Positions 36,931 through 46,853 of a stretch of DNA of 64,000 nt are shown piece by piece. Under the pieces are notes generated by a model that saw only the letters and a list, made by a program, of their open reading frames with translations, made no database searches and was not told the origin of the DNA. Location of the stretch: positions 9,229 through 73,228 of the forward strand of contig JADLHA010000015.1 in the NCBI GenBank assembly GCA_020848995.1, written 5' to 3'. Each line of letters begins with the position of its first letter. The stretch's first letter is position 1. The stretch comes from Saprospiraceae bacterium (GTDB taxonomy: Bacteria > Bacteroidota > Bacteroidia > Chitinophagales > Saprospiraceae). Position numbers and translations under genes: made by a program.

Positions 36931-39720
36931 TTAGGGCTTTTTGAGTTTATTGGCAAAATCACCTCCCTTGAAAAAACTCATGCGGGCAGGATCAATGTGT
37001 TTGCGCATGGCCGCATGGATCTGCTCTGGGGTAAGGCTAGCGATCTTATTCTCCATGTCGTCAAAAAACCGGAAGGTACGGTTCATCGGCAACATCCGGT
37101 TTAATGCAGATGCAAGTGAATTGTCCTGAGACCGGTTAACTTTTCGGGATTGTAGGAACCCGTTTCTCGCATCGTCCACTTCCTGGGGAGTATATCCTTC
37201 TTTAAGTACGCGATCGATTTCCTCACGGAAAGCCGCCTCGAGCCGGTCCCTGTTTTCAGGAGCAAAAATGGCATACCCTAAAAATCCTCCGTTGCGATCT
37301 TCTTCATCTGCAAAAAATTGCGACCCAACACCGTAGCTAATGCCCTCCTTCTGGCGGATGCGGGTGGCCAGACGGCTGTTGAGAAATCCCCCACCGAGTA
37401 TGTAATTTCCCAGCAGTAGCGCCGGATAATCCGGGTCGTCGTCGCGCAATGGAAGGTTCAATCCGGCAAGAAACATGGCATTGGCCTTATCGGGAGTTTC
37501 TATGTTGATGTTAACCGGAGCAACTTCTGCGTATTTTTCCGGAACGCGCGCATAGGGCACTTCACTTTCCCAACCGCCGAGTTCTGCAGCCATCTGATTT
37601 TTAACCGCTGCCTCGTCGAAGTCTCCTACGACGGCAAAGCTTGCGTTGCCAGCGCCATAATATTTCCGGTGAAATGCACGGCAATCCTCGAGTTTCACGG
37701 TTTTCACCGCTTCGAGCTCTTCTTCGATGCTGTTGTTGTAACGGATATCCCCTTTCGGATAGGGATTGAGGTGGCGGGCAAAGGCATTTTGCACAAGGGC
37801 AGTCGGATCCGATTGTTGCTCTTCAATGCCCGCGAGTTCTTCATTGCGCAGCTCTTCAAAATCCTTTTCGCTGAAGGCCGGCTTGCGGAGAATTTCGTTG
37901 ACCAGGCTGAGAACGGCTGGCAGGTTTTCCCGCGTGGTCTGAATTCCGGCCGTCACCGTACCACCACTTCCAAAAATGCGAACCTGTGCTTTTAATTTGT
38001 CGAAGGCGTCTTTGATTTCCTGCCTCGATTTGGTTTCTGTTCCTCGCTCGAGCATATTCGCTACAAAGGAACTGATCGTTGCCTTTCCATTCAGGTTCTG
38101 CTCGTTGCCAAAACGCAGGGTCAAAGTAGCTTGAACGAGGTTGCCCTTGGTCGCCTTTGGAAGACAGGCATAGCGCAGCCCCCCGGTCTCACCACGATGG
38201 GTCCTGGCTTCAATGTTGGCGCAGGAAGGATCGAAATCCTCTCCCTGGGCAACGATGGCATCGCCCTTGTAATCCTTGACCAGGGCTGCCACGTCGGGAG
38301 CCGCAGGGACTTCAGCCCGGTTTGGTTTCTCTTCCGGGAAGAATAGGCCCGTGGTGCGGTTGGATGGTTTAAAGTAACTCAACGCAACCCGCTGTACATC
38401 CTCAGGGGTGACTTTGCGAATGTTGTCGCGGTAAATGAACGCCAGTCTCCAGTCGCCCATGCCAATGTACTCGCTGATCGCTCGACCAACGGACTCCGTG
38501 TTGCGGATGAACAACTCGAAGTTCTTGATCTGTTTGTTCTTTGCCCGATCGACTTCTTCGACCGTCGGCGGCGAGGTGCTCACTGCGTCGAGGGTTTGCA
38601 ACATGGTGTCCAGGGCAGCCCGTGCATCGCTTTCCTTGCGCACCTGCGCACCAAAATAGGCAAAACCAGGTTCTTTGAGTGTTGCGCACCAGCCAAACTG
38701 GTTCGAGGCCTTTTTGGATTCAACCAGGGCCTTGTACAAACGCCCCGAAGGCTCCTGCGTCATGATGTCGACCAGAATATCGACTGCAGCCGCATCCGGA
38801 TGCGAACCGGGAGGGATGTGGTACAGGCAACCGATGGCCTGCACGTCGCCCACCCTGCGGAGGCTGACCTGGCGCTCACCATCCTGAACGGGCTCAGCCG
38901 TATAAGTGGGGTAAAGCATGCGATCGGGTCGCGGAATCCTGGAGAAATATTCGTTCACCATCCAAAGAGTCTTATCCGGATCGATCTTTCCGGCGACCAT
39001 GAGCACCGCATTGTCGGGCTGGTAGTATTTTCGGTAAAAGGCCTGAAGGCGCTCAATGGGCACATTTTCGATGTCGGCACGGGCACCAATGGTCGATTTG
39101 CCATAGTTGTGCCAGAGGTATGCCGTAGACAAGATGCGCTCCATGAGTATGCTGGTGGGATCGTTCTCCCCCATTTCAAACTCGTTGCGTACCACGGTCA
39201 TCTCACTGTCCAGGTCCTTTTTTGCTATAAAGGAGTTGACCATGCGGTCTGCTTCGAGGTCCAGCGCCCAGCGCAGGTTCTCTTCGGTTGCGGCAAAAGT
39301 CTCGAAGTAGTTCGTCCGGTCGTACCAGGTCGTGCCATTGGGACGTGCGCCGTGCTTGGTGAGCTCATTCGGAATGTCCGGGTGGCGAGGGGTCCCTTTA
39401 AATACCATGTGTTCGAGCAAATGGGCCATACCGGTTTCGCCGTAGCCTTCATGGCGAGAACCAACCTTGTAAGTAATGTTAACCGTGACCGTTTGCTTGG
39501 AAGGATCCGGAAATAAAAGGACCTGCAAGCCATTGTCCAGAAAATATTCGGTAATGCCTTCCACCGAAGCCCCTTTGCGGACGCCCTGGGGCAAGGTCTT
39601 GTAATCAACCGCCCGTTCGGCGGTAACAGCCACTTTAGCCTTCGCGGTCTTTTTCTGAGCATTTGCTCCGGCGGGCATCATCAGACAGGCCACAAGGAGC
39701 CATACGTACCAATTGCGCAT
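36931..39720 (-). CDS. M16-family (pitrilysin/insulinase-like) zinc peptidase, fused double-domain
   Basis: 929 aa with a signal peptide. It has the inverted zincin motif GMAHLLEHMVFKGT (HxxEH), and the second half is M16C-like. Confidence 0.9.
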   Translation of the reverse strand: MRNWYVWLLVACLMMPAGANAQKKTAKAKVAVTAERAVDYKTLPQGVRKGASVEGITEYFLDNGLQVLLFPDPSKQTVTVNITYKVGSRHEGYGETGMAHLLEHMVFKGTPRHPDIPNELTKHGARPNGTTWYDRTNYFETFAATEENLRWALDLEADRMVNSFIAKKDLDSEMTVVRNEFEMGENDPTSILMERILSTAYLWHNYGKSTIGARADIENVPIERLQAFYRKYYQPDNAVLMVAGKIDPDKTLWMVNEYFSRIPRPDRMLYPTYTAEPVQDGERQVSLRRVGDVQAIGCLYHIPPGSHPDAAAVDILVDIMTQEPSGRLYKALVESKKASNQFGWCATLKEPGFAYFGAQVRKESDARAALDTMLQTLDAVSTSPPTVEEVDRAKNKQIKNFELFIRNTESVGRAISEYIGMGDWRLAFIYRDNIRKVTPEDVQRVALSYFKPSNRTTGLFFPEEKPNRAEVPAAPDVAALVKDYKGDAIVAQGEDFDPSCANIEARTHRGETGGLRYACLPKATKGNLVQATLTLRFGNEQNLNGKATISSFVANMLERGTETKSRQEIKDAFDKLKAQVRIFGSGGTVTAGIQTTRENLPAVLSLVNEILRKPAFSEKDFEELRNEELAGIEEQQSDPTALVQNAFARHLNPYPKGDIRYNNSIEEELEAVKTVKLEDCRAFHRKYYGAGNASFAVVGDFDEAAVKNQMAAELGGWESEVPYARVPEKYAEVAPVNINIETPDKANAMFLAGLNLPLRDDDPDYPALLLGNYILGGGFLNSRLATRIRQKEGISYGVGSQFFADEEDRNGGFLGYAIFAPENRDRLEAAFREEIDRVLKEGYTPQEVDDARNGFLQSRKVNRSQDNSLASALNRMLPMNRTFRFFDDMENKIASLTPEQIHAAMRKHIDPARMSFFKGGDFANKLKKP

Positions 39721-39926
39721 AAATATTTATTTTAATCGTTGAAAATGAAGTGTTCGATTCAGATATATCGCAGCCAAAGGTAAAATATTTCCTACGAAAT
39801 CCTTCGTAATTAAAAATTGATCCCCTTCCCCTAAATTACAATGCTTGCCTGCGGATTGACGCACCTACAGGGGATCGTAGGTACTCCGAATAACCACTCA
39901 CGGGCATTAAAGGTTTGGAACGGCCT

Positions 39927-40793
39927 TTACTTTCCTGACCGCCTTCTGCGAGGGAGAACGATGGAAGGGGGCAGTTCGTTGCCCGAGGCTTCCAGCCCCA
40001 GCCCAAAAAGGGCAAAATCGTAACGAACGGGATCCAACGGATCGAGCCTTCGACAGGTTTCGCTGAGTTCGAGCACGGCCTTCCAGTCGTTTTGTTTCCG
40101 GCGAAACATGCCGAGCTCCCGTGCAGATCGCTCTACATGTACATCGAGCGGCATCAGCAGGTGCGCCGGTTCGATGGATCTCCAGATGCCAAAATCCACG
40201 CCCGCATCATCCCTGCGAACCATCCATCGCAAGTACATCAGCAAGCGCTTGCAGCGGGACCCCGAAGCGGGCGACGATAAGTGCTTGAGGGTGTGGCTGG
40301 CGCGGGGAACGCGTCGCTCAAAATCTGCACGCAGGCGAACCAATCCCTGCGCGATGTCCTGCTGACTCCCAGCCTGAACGCAGGACGATGCCACGGTTTC
40401 CTGAAACAGGAATTCGAGTGAATCGCGCTCGCCGTAATAGCTTTTGAAATAATCCAGGAAACAAAGTGCGTCCTCTGCATTGAAAGTGCGGTGCACAAAG
40501 CGCGAGAACGGCTTGCGGTCCGATTCCGCGTGGTTGCAGACAAACTGCCAGGGTTCAAAGTCCATCCATTCCATCAACTGCAGGGCTTTGTCGCAAATGG
40601 TTTTGCGTCTGCCCCACGACAGCACGGCGGTCCACAAGCCGGCAATTTCGATGTCCTGCTTACGGGTAAACCGGTGAGGAATGGAGATGGGATCATCCTG
40701 AATAAACTCCGGCCGGTTGAACCGGAGCACCAAAGGCTCCAGGAGCTGGCGCAGTTCATCGACCTCCTGCTTCCTATGCGCTCTAAGCTCCAT
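39927..40793 (-). CDS. TIGR02757 (DUF2400) family protein
   Basis: 288 aa. The pattern DPISIPHRF...DIEIAGLWTAVLSWGRR matches my memory of this family. Confidence 0.7.
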   Translation of the reverse strand: MELRAHRKQEVDELRQLLEPLVLRFNRPEFIQDDPISIPHRFTRKQDIEIAGLWTAVLSWGRRKTICDKALQLMEWMDFEPWQFVCNHAESDRKPFSRFVHRTFNAEDALCFLDYFKSYYGERDSLEFLFQETVASSCVQAGSQQDIAQGLVRLRADFERRVPRASHTLKHLSSPASGSRCKRLLMYLRWMVRRDDAGVDFGIWRSIEPAHLLMPLDVHVERSARELGMFRRKQNDWKAVLELSETCRRLDPLDPVRYDFALFGLGLEASGNELPPSIVLPRRRRSGK

Positions 40794-40814
40794 GGTTACA
40801 CTGAAAGAAGACCC

Positions 40815-43800
40815 TTACCGGGAAACCGAAAAGAGGGCATGCCACCCCTCAGCATGCTCCCCGCTGAGTTCGATCCGGTACAATCCTCCGGCAAGCCCCT
40901 GCAACGGGATCTCCAGCGAATTGGTCCCCGGTTTGCTAATGCCATTCAACAACAGACGCCCCTGCAGGTCGCGCACGGACCAACGGGAAAATGCTTCCCT
41001 TTCCCATAAAACTAACAAACGTTCGTAAGCAGGATTGGGAAACAACCTAACCACGGCTACGTCGTGTGGATCGCCGGTGGCGGTAAGTTGAGGGACCGTA
41101 CAGACTGCCGATGCCTTGCATCCTTTGCTGTCGTCGATCCAGAGCGTATATTGCCCGGGTACCAAGCCAGTGATCTCGGGGGTTCGCTCTCCATTGCTCC
41201 ACAGGTACAGGAAGGGATGGGTCCCACCGAAAACCGAGCCTTTGGCACGACCGTCGTTACCTGTGCTCCCGGCAACATCAATCTGCACAAACAGCAAATC
41301 GGGACTGCCTACTTCAACTTCTACAATAGACTTACATCCGTTAGCATCTGTTAAAAATGCCGTGTAGCGCCCTGCCCCAACCCCCAAAAGGTCCTTGTTC
41401 GTGGCACCACTGGACCACACCACACCGATCGGTGATCTGCCGGAAACAAAGTCCAGATAAACGCGACCGTTCAGGTCACCAAAGCAATCGACGTCGAAGA
41501 TGAGCGAAACGACACCCGGTGCTTCGAGGTTCTCAAGGTCGACCTGTGCATCTGCACTGCATCCGGACGAATCGATGGCCCGGAGGGAATAAGCTCCGGA
41601 GGGCAGGCTGTCGATGGTCTGGCCTTCCCGGCCTCCCGTCCATAAAAACTGAAAATCCCGACCGCTGCCACCTGAGGCTTGTGCATGCAGCGTTCCGCCT
41701 CGTTCGGGACATGCAGGAGTGGAAGTGGCCTGAATGTGGATCTCCGGATTGACTTTCAGGGAAACTTCGTGCAGGCTGTCGCAGCCATTCGCTGCGGTGA
41801 AATGAAACCGCTCGACGGCATCCGAATAATAGCTCTTTCCCGCAAAGCTGTCGGCGTAACACAGGAAGCGGGACTCGGTAGTCCGGAACGCGGGCAAAAC
41901 TTCGAGTTCGGTAGTCAGCAGGCTATCGCATCCATTGGATGCTTCGAGGGTATCGCGATAAACCCCCGAAGTGGAATATGCTTTTCCACCCACCCGTAAA
42001 GTGTCTCCCTGGCAAATGCGCCGTTGCTGGCTGAAGAGCTTGTCGTACACATACAGGTTTACCTCGTGCCGGGAGTGCTGTGAACCCCGCCAGACTTCTA
42101 CCCAGAGTGGGCCAGGCTGGCTGACGCTCAGCGTTTTAGTGGTGTCGCCTGTTGACCACAGGTAGCGCGCGCGGCGGATTCCTGAGTCAAAGGTTCGCGA
42201 CTGCCCGCCACATAGCGGCAGGTCACATTGAGCTACCGAGTCGGCAAAGCGCCAGTGAACAGCAATGCTGAAGTCTACCATGGCATCGACGCCGGCGTCG
42301 AATTTGTTGTCGTTGGTGATAAAATACCAGGTTCCTGCAGGATCGAAATTGCCGAGAATGCGGGTATAGGTCTTTATGCCGTCGAATCCCGCCGGTTCAA
42401 CGGAATTAGGGGTGTGTTTGGGATTGGCAATGCCCGTGGAGGGAGGTCCGGTGTAAGTCGTTATTACATCGCGCGTCCAGGATTTGCCATTTGGCCGCAC
42501 GGTCATGTGCAGGGCCACATGTACGTCGCGGGCCCAGGCCGGAACGGATGCATACAGGCTCTGGGGTACCACCAGGCTGTCCCGGTTCGTCCCCTGGTCT
42601 GCCATCATGGTAAGCCCCACCGAGGCAGAATCCCGCAAACCGGGAATCACTGGACAACCCAAGTTCACTAAAAAATCGCCCAACAGTATGGTGTCCGGTA
42701 TAGAATATTCCGTGCATCGGTCTGAAACTGCGGCCCGGTAAATGCCCGATTGAGCAATGGCCAATAGGGTGTCATGGGCTGCCGGGAGGAGGTAGTCGTA
42801 ATGGTACCAGTCGTATTGGAATTGGCTGCCAACGGGTCGAACGCGCAATTCGGTTCCGTCGCCTTCGAAATGCGGCGCTGGCTCGGTGGTCCAGGTCTCC
42901 GGAAGAAAGGCTGGAAGAACACATGACTTGGTCTGTACTTTATAGCGCAACAACGCCGCCGGTTCGGCTCCAAAGCCCTTGCTGAAATTTATTCCGTACG
43001 AGGTGAGGTGGCAATAACTCATGATCGTGCCCCCTCCTGTGGGGGTGGGCCCTGGCGTGCATCCGCCTTCAGTCGCCCTGCAGTTGTCGAGCGCCTCATT
43101 CCGGAAAGGCCCCCAGGCGCAGGCGTGGGTATGGGGCGCTCCAAAGTTATGTCCCAACTCGTGGGCCATGACTTCCACACTCCAGCTGTAGGCGGGCAAC
43201 TGGTTGAAGGAATTGTATATGTAAGCAAAGGAATGGGGTCCTCCAGCACCATTCGTGGAATAGCAGAGCGTTCCGAGGAAAGCCACTCCTCCTGGCTCAG
43301 CAGGTTTAAAGGTGGTCACCAGTTGAGCCAGGTTGCCGGTAAAGTTGTCCTGCCTGTACGCGCTGTAGTGGTAAAGTATACTGGACAGGTCGGTGTGGAG
43401 AAATGGGTCTTTGGTCGTCCACACCATGATGTCGGAGATCTCTATGCCGATGCCGTCGTTGTCATAAAGGGCTTTGACCACATTGAACAGAGAGCTGACA
43501 AAGTTTTTGACCTGAACGGCACTTTTGTTGCGATCCAGAAAGAGTTGGTAATCGCATTCGAGGAAGATCCGTACGGTTTTGCATCGATCCGGATAGACGG
43601 TGTCCGGTGCAGCGAGGACCGAAGGCGGTTCATCAACGGTAGCACACGCGAACAAAGGCCGGACGGCCTGGTCTTTTTCCGCATAGAGCATGTGGGCGGA
43701 GCCATCGCCTTCCGCGATGGTTTTTCCAAGTACGAAATTGCCCGACTCCGGGATGGAGATCACGCCTGCAAGCTCGCCTTCGAAAGCAGAAATTGCGGCA

Positions 43801-44240
43801 AACGAATGGGGGTATTCGGCAACCACCCCGCGGTAATAACGCCCCTCCCCGGATGAGATGGCCGACTGCGAGCCATCTGATTGCATGAGTCTGGATTCCG
43901 GTCCAAAGAGTTCATGGCGCACGAGCATCAGCGTAAAATGGCGATTCCCGGGGGCATCGAGCGAAAGGGAGACCCTTTCGGGGCCTTCAGCCAGGAGCCC
44001 TGACACCACCCCGTCCAGAAGGTCAAAATGGAAAACGCCCTCTTTGTGCATGTCCGCGGAATTGACTCCGGCAGAAAGAGGTAGCAGACAGACTACTGGG
44101 GAATATTGCTTGCCTCGAGCCAGATTGTCACGGTATTCCTTCCACAACGGACGTTCTTGAGCGTACGCAGCTGTCAGCGAGACCCATGCAAGCCATAGGC
44201 AACATATTGGAGACCTTCTCATAGACCACTCAGCAGGCAT
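40815..44240 (-). CDS. Reprolysin-like (M12B) zinc metalloprotease, T9SS cargo with SprB repeats
   Basis: It has the zinc motif HELGHNFGAPHTH, NGCDSL-containing modules and about three SprB-type repeats (...GAYSLRAIDSSGC, ...GRYTAFLTDANGC, ...GQYTLWIDDSKGC). The T9SS CTD reads VRLFPNPAYERLLVLW...LYRIELSG. Confidence 0.85.
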   Translation of the reverse strand: MPAEWSMRRSPICCLWLAWVSLTAAYAQERPLWKEYRDNLARGKQYSPVVCLLPLSAGVNSADMHKEGVFHFDLLDGVVSGLLAEGPERVSLSLDAPGNRHFTLMLVRHELFGPESRLMQSDGSQSAISSGEGRYYRGVVAEYPHSFAAISAFEGELAGVISIPESGNFVLGKTIAEGDGSAHMLYAEKDQAVRPLFACATVDEPPSVLAAPDTVYPDRCKTVRIFLECDYQLFLDRNKSAVQVKNFVSSLFNVVKALYDNDGIGIEISDIMVWTTKDPFLHTDLSSILYHYSAYRQDNFTGNLAQLVTTFKPAEPGGVAFLGTLCYSTNGAGGPHSFAYIYNSFNQLPAYSWSVEVMAHELGHNFGAPHTHACAWGPFRNEALDNCRATEGGCTPGPTPTGGGTIMSYCHLTSYGINFSKGFGAEPAALLRYKVQTKSCVLPAFLPETWTTEPAPHFEGDGTELRVRPVGSQFQYDWYHYDYLLPAAHDTLLAIAQSGIYRAAVSDRCTEYSIPDTILLGDFLVNLGCPVIPGLRDSASVGLTMMADQGTNRDSLVVPQSLYASVPAWARDVHVALHMTVRPNGKSWTRDVITTYTGPPSTGIANPKHTPNSVEPAGFDGIKTYTRILGNFDPAGTWYFITNDNKFDAGVDAMVDFSIAVHWRFADSVAQCDLPLCGGQSRTFDSGIRRARYLWSTGDTTKTLSVSQPGPLWVEVWRGSQHSRHEVNLYVYDKLFSQQRRICQGDTLRVGGKAYSTSGVYRDTLEASNGCDSLLTTELEVLPAFRTTESRFLCYADSFAGKSYYSDAVERFHFTAANGCDSLHEVSLKVNPEIHIQATSTPACPERGGTLHAQASGGSGRDFQFLWTGGREGQTIDSLPSGAYSLRAIDSSGCSADAQVDLENLEAPGVVSLIFDVDCFGDLNGRVYLDFVSGRSPIGVVWSSGATNKDLLGVGAGRYTAFLTDANGCKSIVEVEVGSPDLLFVQIDVAGSTGNDGRAKGSVFGGTHPFLYLWSNGERTPEITGLVPGQYTLWIDDSKGCKASAVCTVPQLTATGDPHDVAVVRLFPNPAYERLLVLWEREAFSRWSVRDLQGRLLLNGISKPGTNSLEIPLQGLAGGLYRIELSGEHAEGWHALFSVSR

Positions 44241-44460
44241 TTGATTTCCCGCTAAGGGTAAAGATCGGAAAACAAGAGCAAGCGCTTCGAGCTCCCACCC
44301 ACATTTTATCCAGAACCATTTTCAATTATTTACACTACTAAAATTAATAATATATATAAATTAGCATGAGAATAGGCTAAAAAAGCAGGGGTAAACCCTG
44401 AAAATTAAATAAATCATGAAAAAAATTAATTTTAATTTACATATTAATAAAAAACATATA

Positions 44461-44468
44461 TAATTTTG
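44461..44468 (+). promoter_or_regulatory. Candidate -7 box (TAATTTTG) for the 65-aa ORF
   Basis: It matches TAnnTTTG 20 nt upstream of ATG 44488, at the edge of a very AT-rich block. Confidence 0.3.
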
Positions 44469-44487
44469 TCAACTAAAACCCTCGACT

Positions 44488-44685
44488 ATGCAAGGTTGGA
44501 GAAAAGTGCTTTCCCTGGCGGATGCCTACAAGGCCGAGCTCAAGAAAGTGCTCTTGCTAAGAAACGGCATTGAGGCGATTGTGGAGAGCAAGGCACGAAT
44601 GAACCGGCAGGCGGCAGATCTCTACGTACGCGAAGGCCAGTACGAGATCGCGAGCATATTGCTATTTGAGAACGAAGAGGACTAA
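44488..44685 (+). CDS. Small hypothetical protein (65 aa)
   Basis: It is the only ORF in this gap. Its composition is normal while the upstream flank is extremely AT-rich, and a plausible -7 box sits upstream. I recognise no family. Confidence 0.35.
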   Translation: MQGWRKVLSLADAYKAELKKVLLLRNGIEAIVESKARMNRQAADLYVREGQYEIASILLFENEED

Positions 44686-44906
44686 GTCCCGCTCAGAAGT
44701 CCAGTTGAAAATTCTTCTGGTAGATATAAACCAGGAGCAGGCAGAACAGAAATAAGAACAAAAGGAAAAATACGAAGCACCTTCCCTTGCTGCCTTTGCT
44801 CAATTCATTGATTTCCATGAGGCTCGATTGTGGCCACAAAGTAAAGTCAATTTTGCCGATTCGGCAAAACTTGGGGCCGGATAAAATTGGGTAGCCCCCT
44901 GACCGA

Positions 44907-46700
44907 TCAGATGGCCTTGCATTTTGACTTGAGCCACTTGCGATCTGCGGCATCCAGATGGGGGGACAGTCGCCGGTAAACTTCCTTGTGGTAGGCATTG
45001 AGCCATTTCACTGCGGGCCGGTTCATCATCGGCAGGTGTAGCAGGTTGGTTTCGATGGGAAACAGGGTCACGGTGTCGAAGCGCAGAAAGGAAGTTCCCT
45101 TTGCCGACTTGTGCGGAATGCTGAGCACCAGGTTTTCAATGCGGATGCCATGGGACCCCTCTTCGTAATAACCGGGTTCGTTGGAAGTGAGCATGCCCGC
45201 TGTAAACGGGGTTTGCCCCCTTTGATTCCACGCCGTTACGAATCCCTGAGGGGGCTCATGTACGTTCATAAAATACCCCACGCCGTGCCCCGTTCCGTGA
45301 CCGTAGTTCAGGCCCATCTGCCATAGGGAATGCCGCGCCAGCACATCGAGCTGAATGCCTTTGGTGCCTTCGGGAAATACCGCATCCGCCAGGGCTATGT
45401 GCCCCAGAAGCACTGCTGTGTATTGCTTTCGGATCCTTTCGGGTTGGGGGCTGAGGGCAATCGTCCGGGTGATGTCGGTCGTGCCATCAAGGTATTGTCC
45501 ACCGGAATCGACGAGCAGAATGCCCCGGGAGGCGATCCGGGCTGCGGTCCCCGCTTCGGGCTTGTAGTGAATGATGGCCCCGTTGGAACGGTATCCGACG
45601 ATGGCATCAAAACTTTCGCCGACGTAGTGGGGCTGTTGTGCGCGAAACTGGGCGATCTGCATCGCAAAATCGTACTCCGTTACCGGCTTCTTCTTTTTGA
45701 GTTGCTTTTCAAGCCAGGTGAACGCACGCACCAGCGCCACGCCATCCTTGACCATAACCCCGCGCAGGTGCTGTTGCTCTGTAGTACTTTTGACGGCCTT
45801 CATGAGCATGACCGGGCTCGGCAATTCGATGGCAGACCCGGCTGGAAGCCGAAGGGCCAGTCGGGCGTTGAACGTCCCCGGGTCGATCAGCATGCGCTTG
45901 CGGGGATCGAGCCCCGTAATCAGGTCGTCGATTTCATGGTAAGCCTTGCAGATGATGCCATCTGACTCCAGTACTGCCGCCAGTTTTGCCGGAACTTTAT
46001 CAGAATGGACGAACAGTTCCGCGCGATCGGCAAAAACCGCCAGGTAAGCCACAAATACGGGATTGCAGCGCACGTCATTGCCACGCAGGTTGAGCAGGTA
46101 GGCAATCTCGTCGAGTGCCGACAACAGCATGCCGTCCGCTCCGGATTTGCGCAACAGCTCCCGCAGTTTGCGCAGTTTTTGGCCGCGACCCGTACCTGCA
46201 AATTTCCTGGGGTGTTCGTAAACCGGCGCACCGCCGAGGGGAGGGCGCTCTTCCCAAATCTCTGAAATCAGGTCGCCCGCATCCTTCAATGCGATCTGTC
46301 GTTCTTTAAATGCCTTTTCAAACATCCGTACCTGCGATAGGGAAAATGCAGCAAAGTCGCAGCCAACCACCTGACCAGGCTTCAACTGTCCGCAAAGCCA
46401 ATCGACGTACTCCGCCTGCGTTTGCACCAACAACTTATGAAGCTCAACGCCCGTGCCGGCCAGCTCTTGCCCAGCCTGCAAAAAATACCGCGCATCTGTC
46501 CATAAACCGGCATGCCGGGACGTAACTATGGCGGTTCCGGCCGATCCCGTGAAACCGGATATCCACTTGCGGTAGGCCCAATGTTCCGGTACGTACTCGC
46601 TCTGGTGAGGATCCGCCGACGGAATGATGCAGGCATCGATTTTGCGCATGGCCATCAGGGCCCGAAGGGCGGTTACCCGCGCTGGTACATTCTTCATCAT
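44907..46700 (-). CDS. pepP: Xaa-Pro aminopeptidase (M24B, long APP1-like form)
   Basis: 597 aa. It has pita-bread metal-ligand motifs (DSGGQY, DITRT, HGTGHGVG, NEPGYY, IRIEN) and tandem creatinase-like N-terminal domains. Confidence 0.88.
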   Translation of the reverse strand: MMKNVPARVTALRALMAMRKIDACIIPSADPHQSEYVPEHWAYRKWISGFTGSAGTAIVTSRHAGLWTDARYFLQAGQELAGTGVELHKLLVQTQAEYVDWLCGQLKPGQVVGCDFAAFSLSQVRMFEKAFKERQIALKDAGDLISEIWEERPPLGGAPVYEHPRKFAGTGRGQKLRKLRELLRKSGADGMLLSALDEIAYLLNLRGNDVRCNPVFVAYLAVFADRAELFVHSDKVPAKLAAVLESDGIICKAYHEIDDLITGLDPRKRMLIDPGTFNARLALRLPAGSAIELPSPVMLMKAVKSTTEQQHLRGVMVKDGVALVRAFTWLEKQLKKKKPVTEYDFAMQIAQFRAQQPHYVGESFDAIVGYRSNGAIIHYKPEAGTAARIASRGILLVDSGGQYLDGTTDITRTIALSPQPERIRKQYTAVLLGHIALADAVFPEGTKGIQLDVLARHSLWQMGLNYGHGTGHGVGYFMNVHEPPQGFVTAWNQRGQTPFTAGMLTSNEPGYYEEGSHGIRIENLVLSIPHKSAKGTSFLRFDTVTLFPIETNLLHLPMMNRPAVKWLNAYHKEVYRRLSPHLDAADRKWLKSKCKAI

Positions 46701-46853
46701 CCTATATATTAAAATAAATTATAATATGTTTATAATTTAGCTACATTTGCCTTGCAATGTTACGAAGAAATGGATACGGCCGGCCCCGCCAACAGCCAGC
46801 TGGGTCCCATTTCGAACTTGTGACCCGGTCCCGTTGTTTTTTAGTAACGAAGT

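Noticed and set aside
44417-44464. A 15-codon mini-ORF (MKKINFNLHINKKHI) lies in the AT island and could be a leader peptide.
   Set aside because: ATG and stop codons arise trivially in such AT-rich DNA. Nothing else supports translation.
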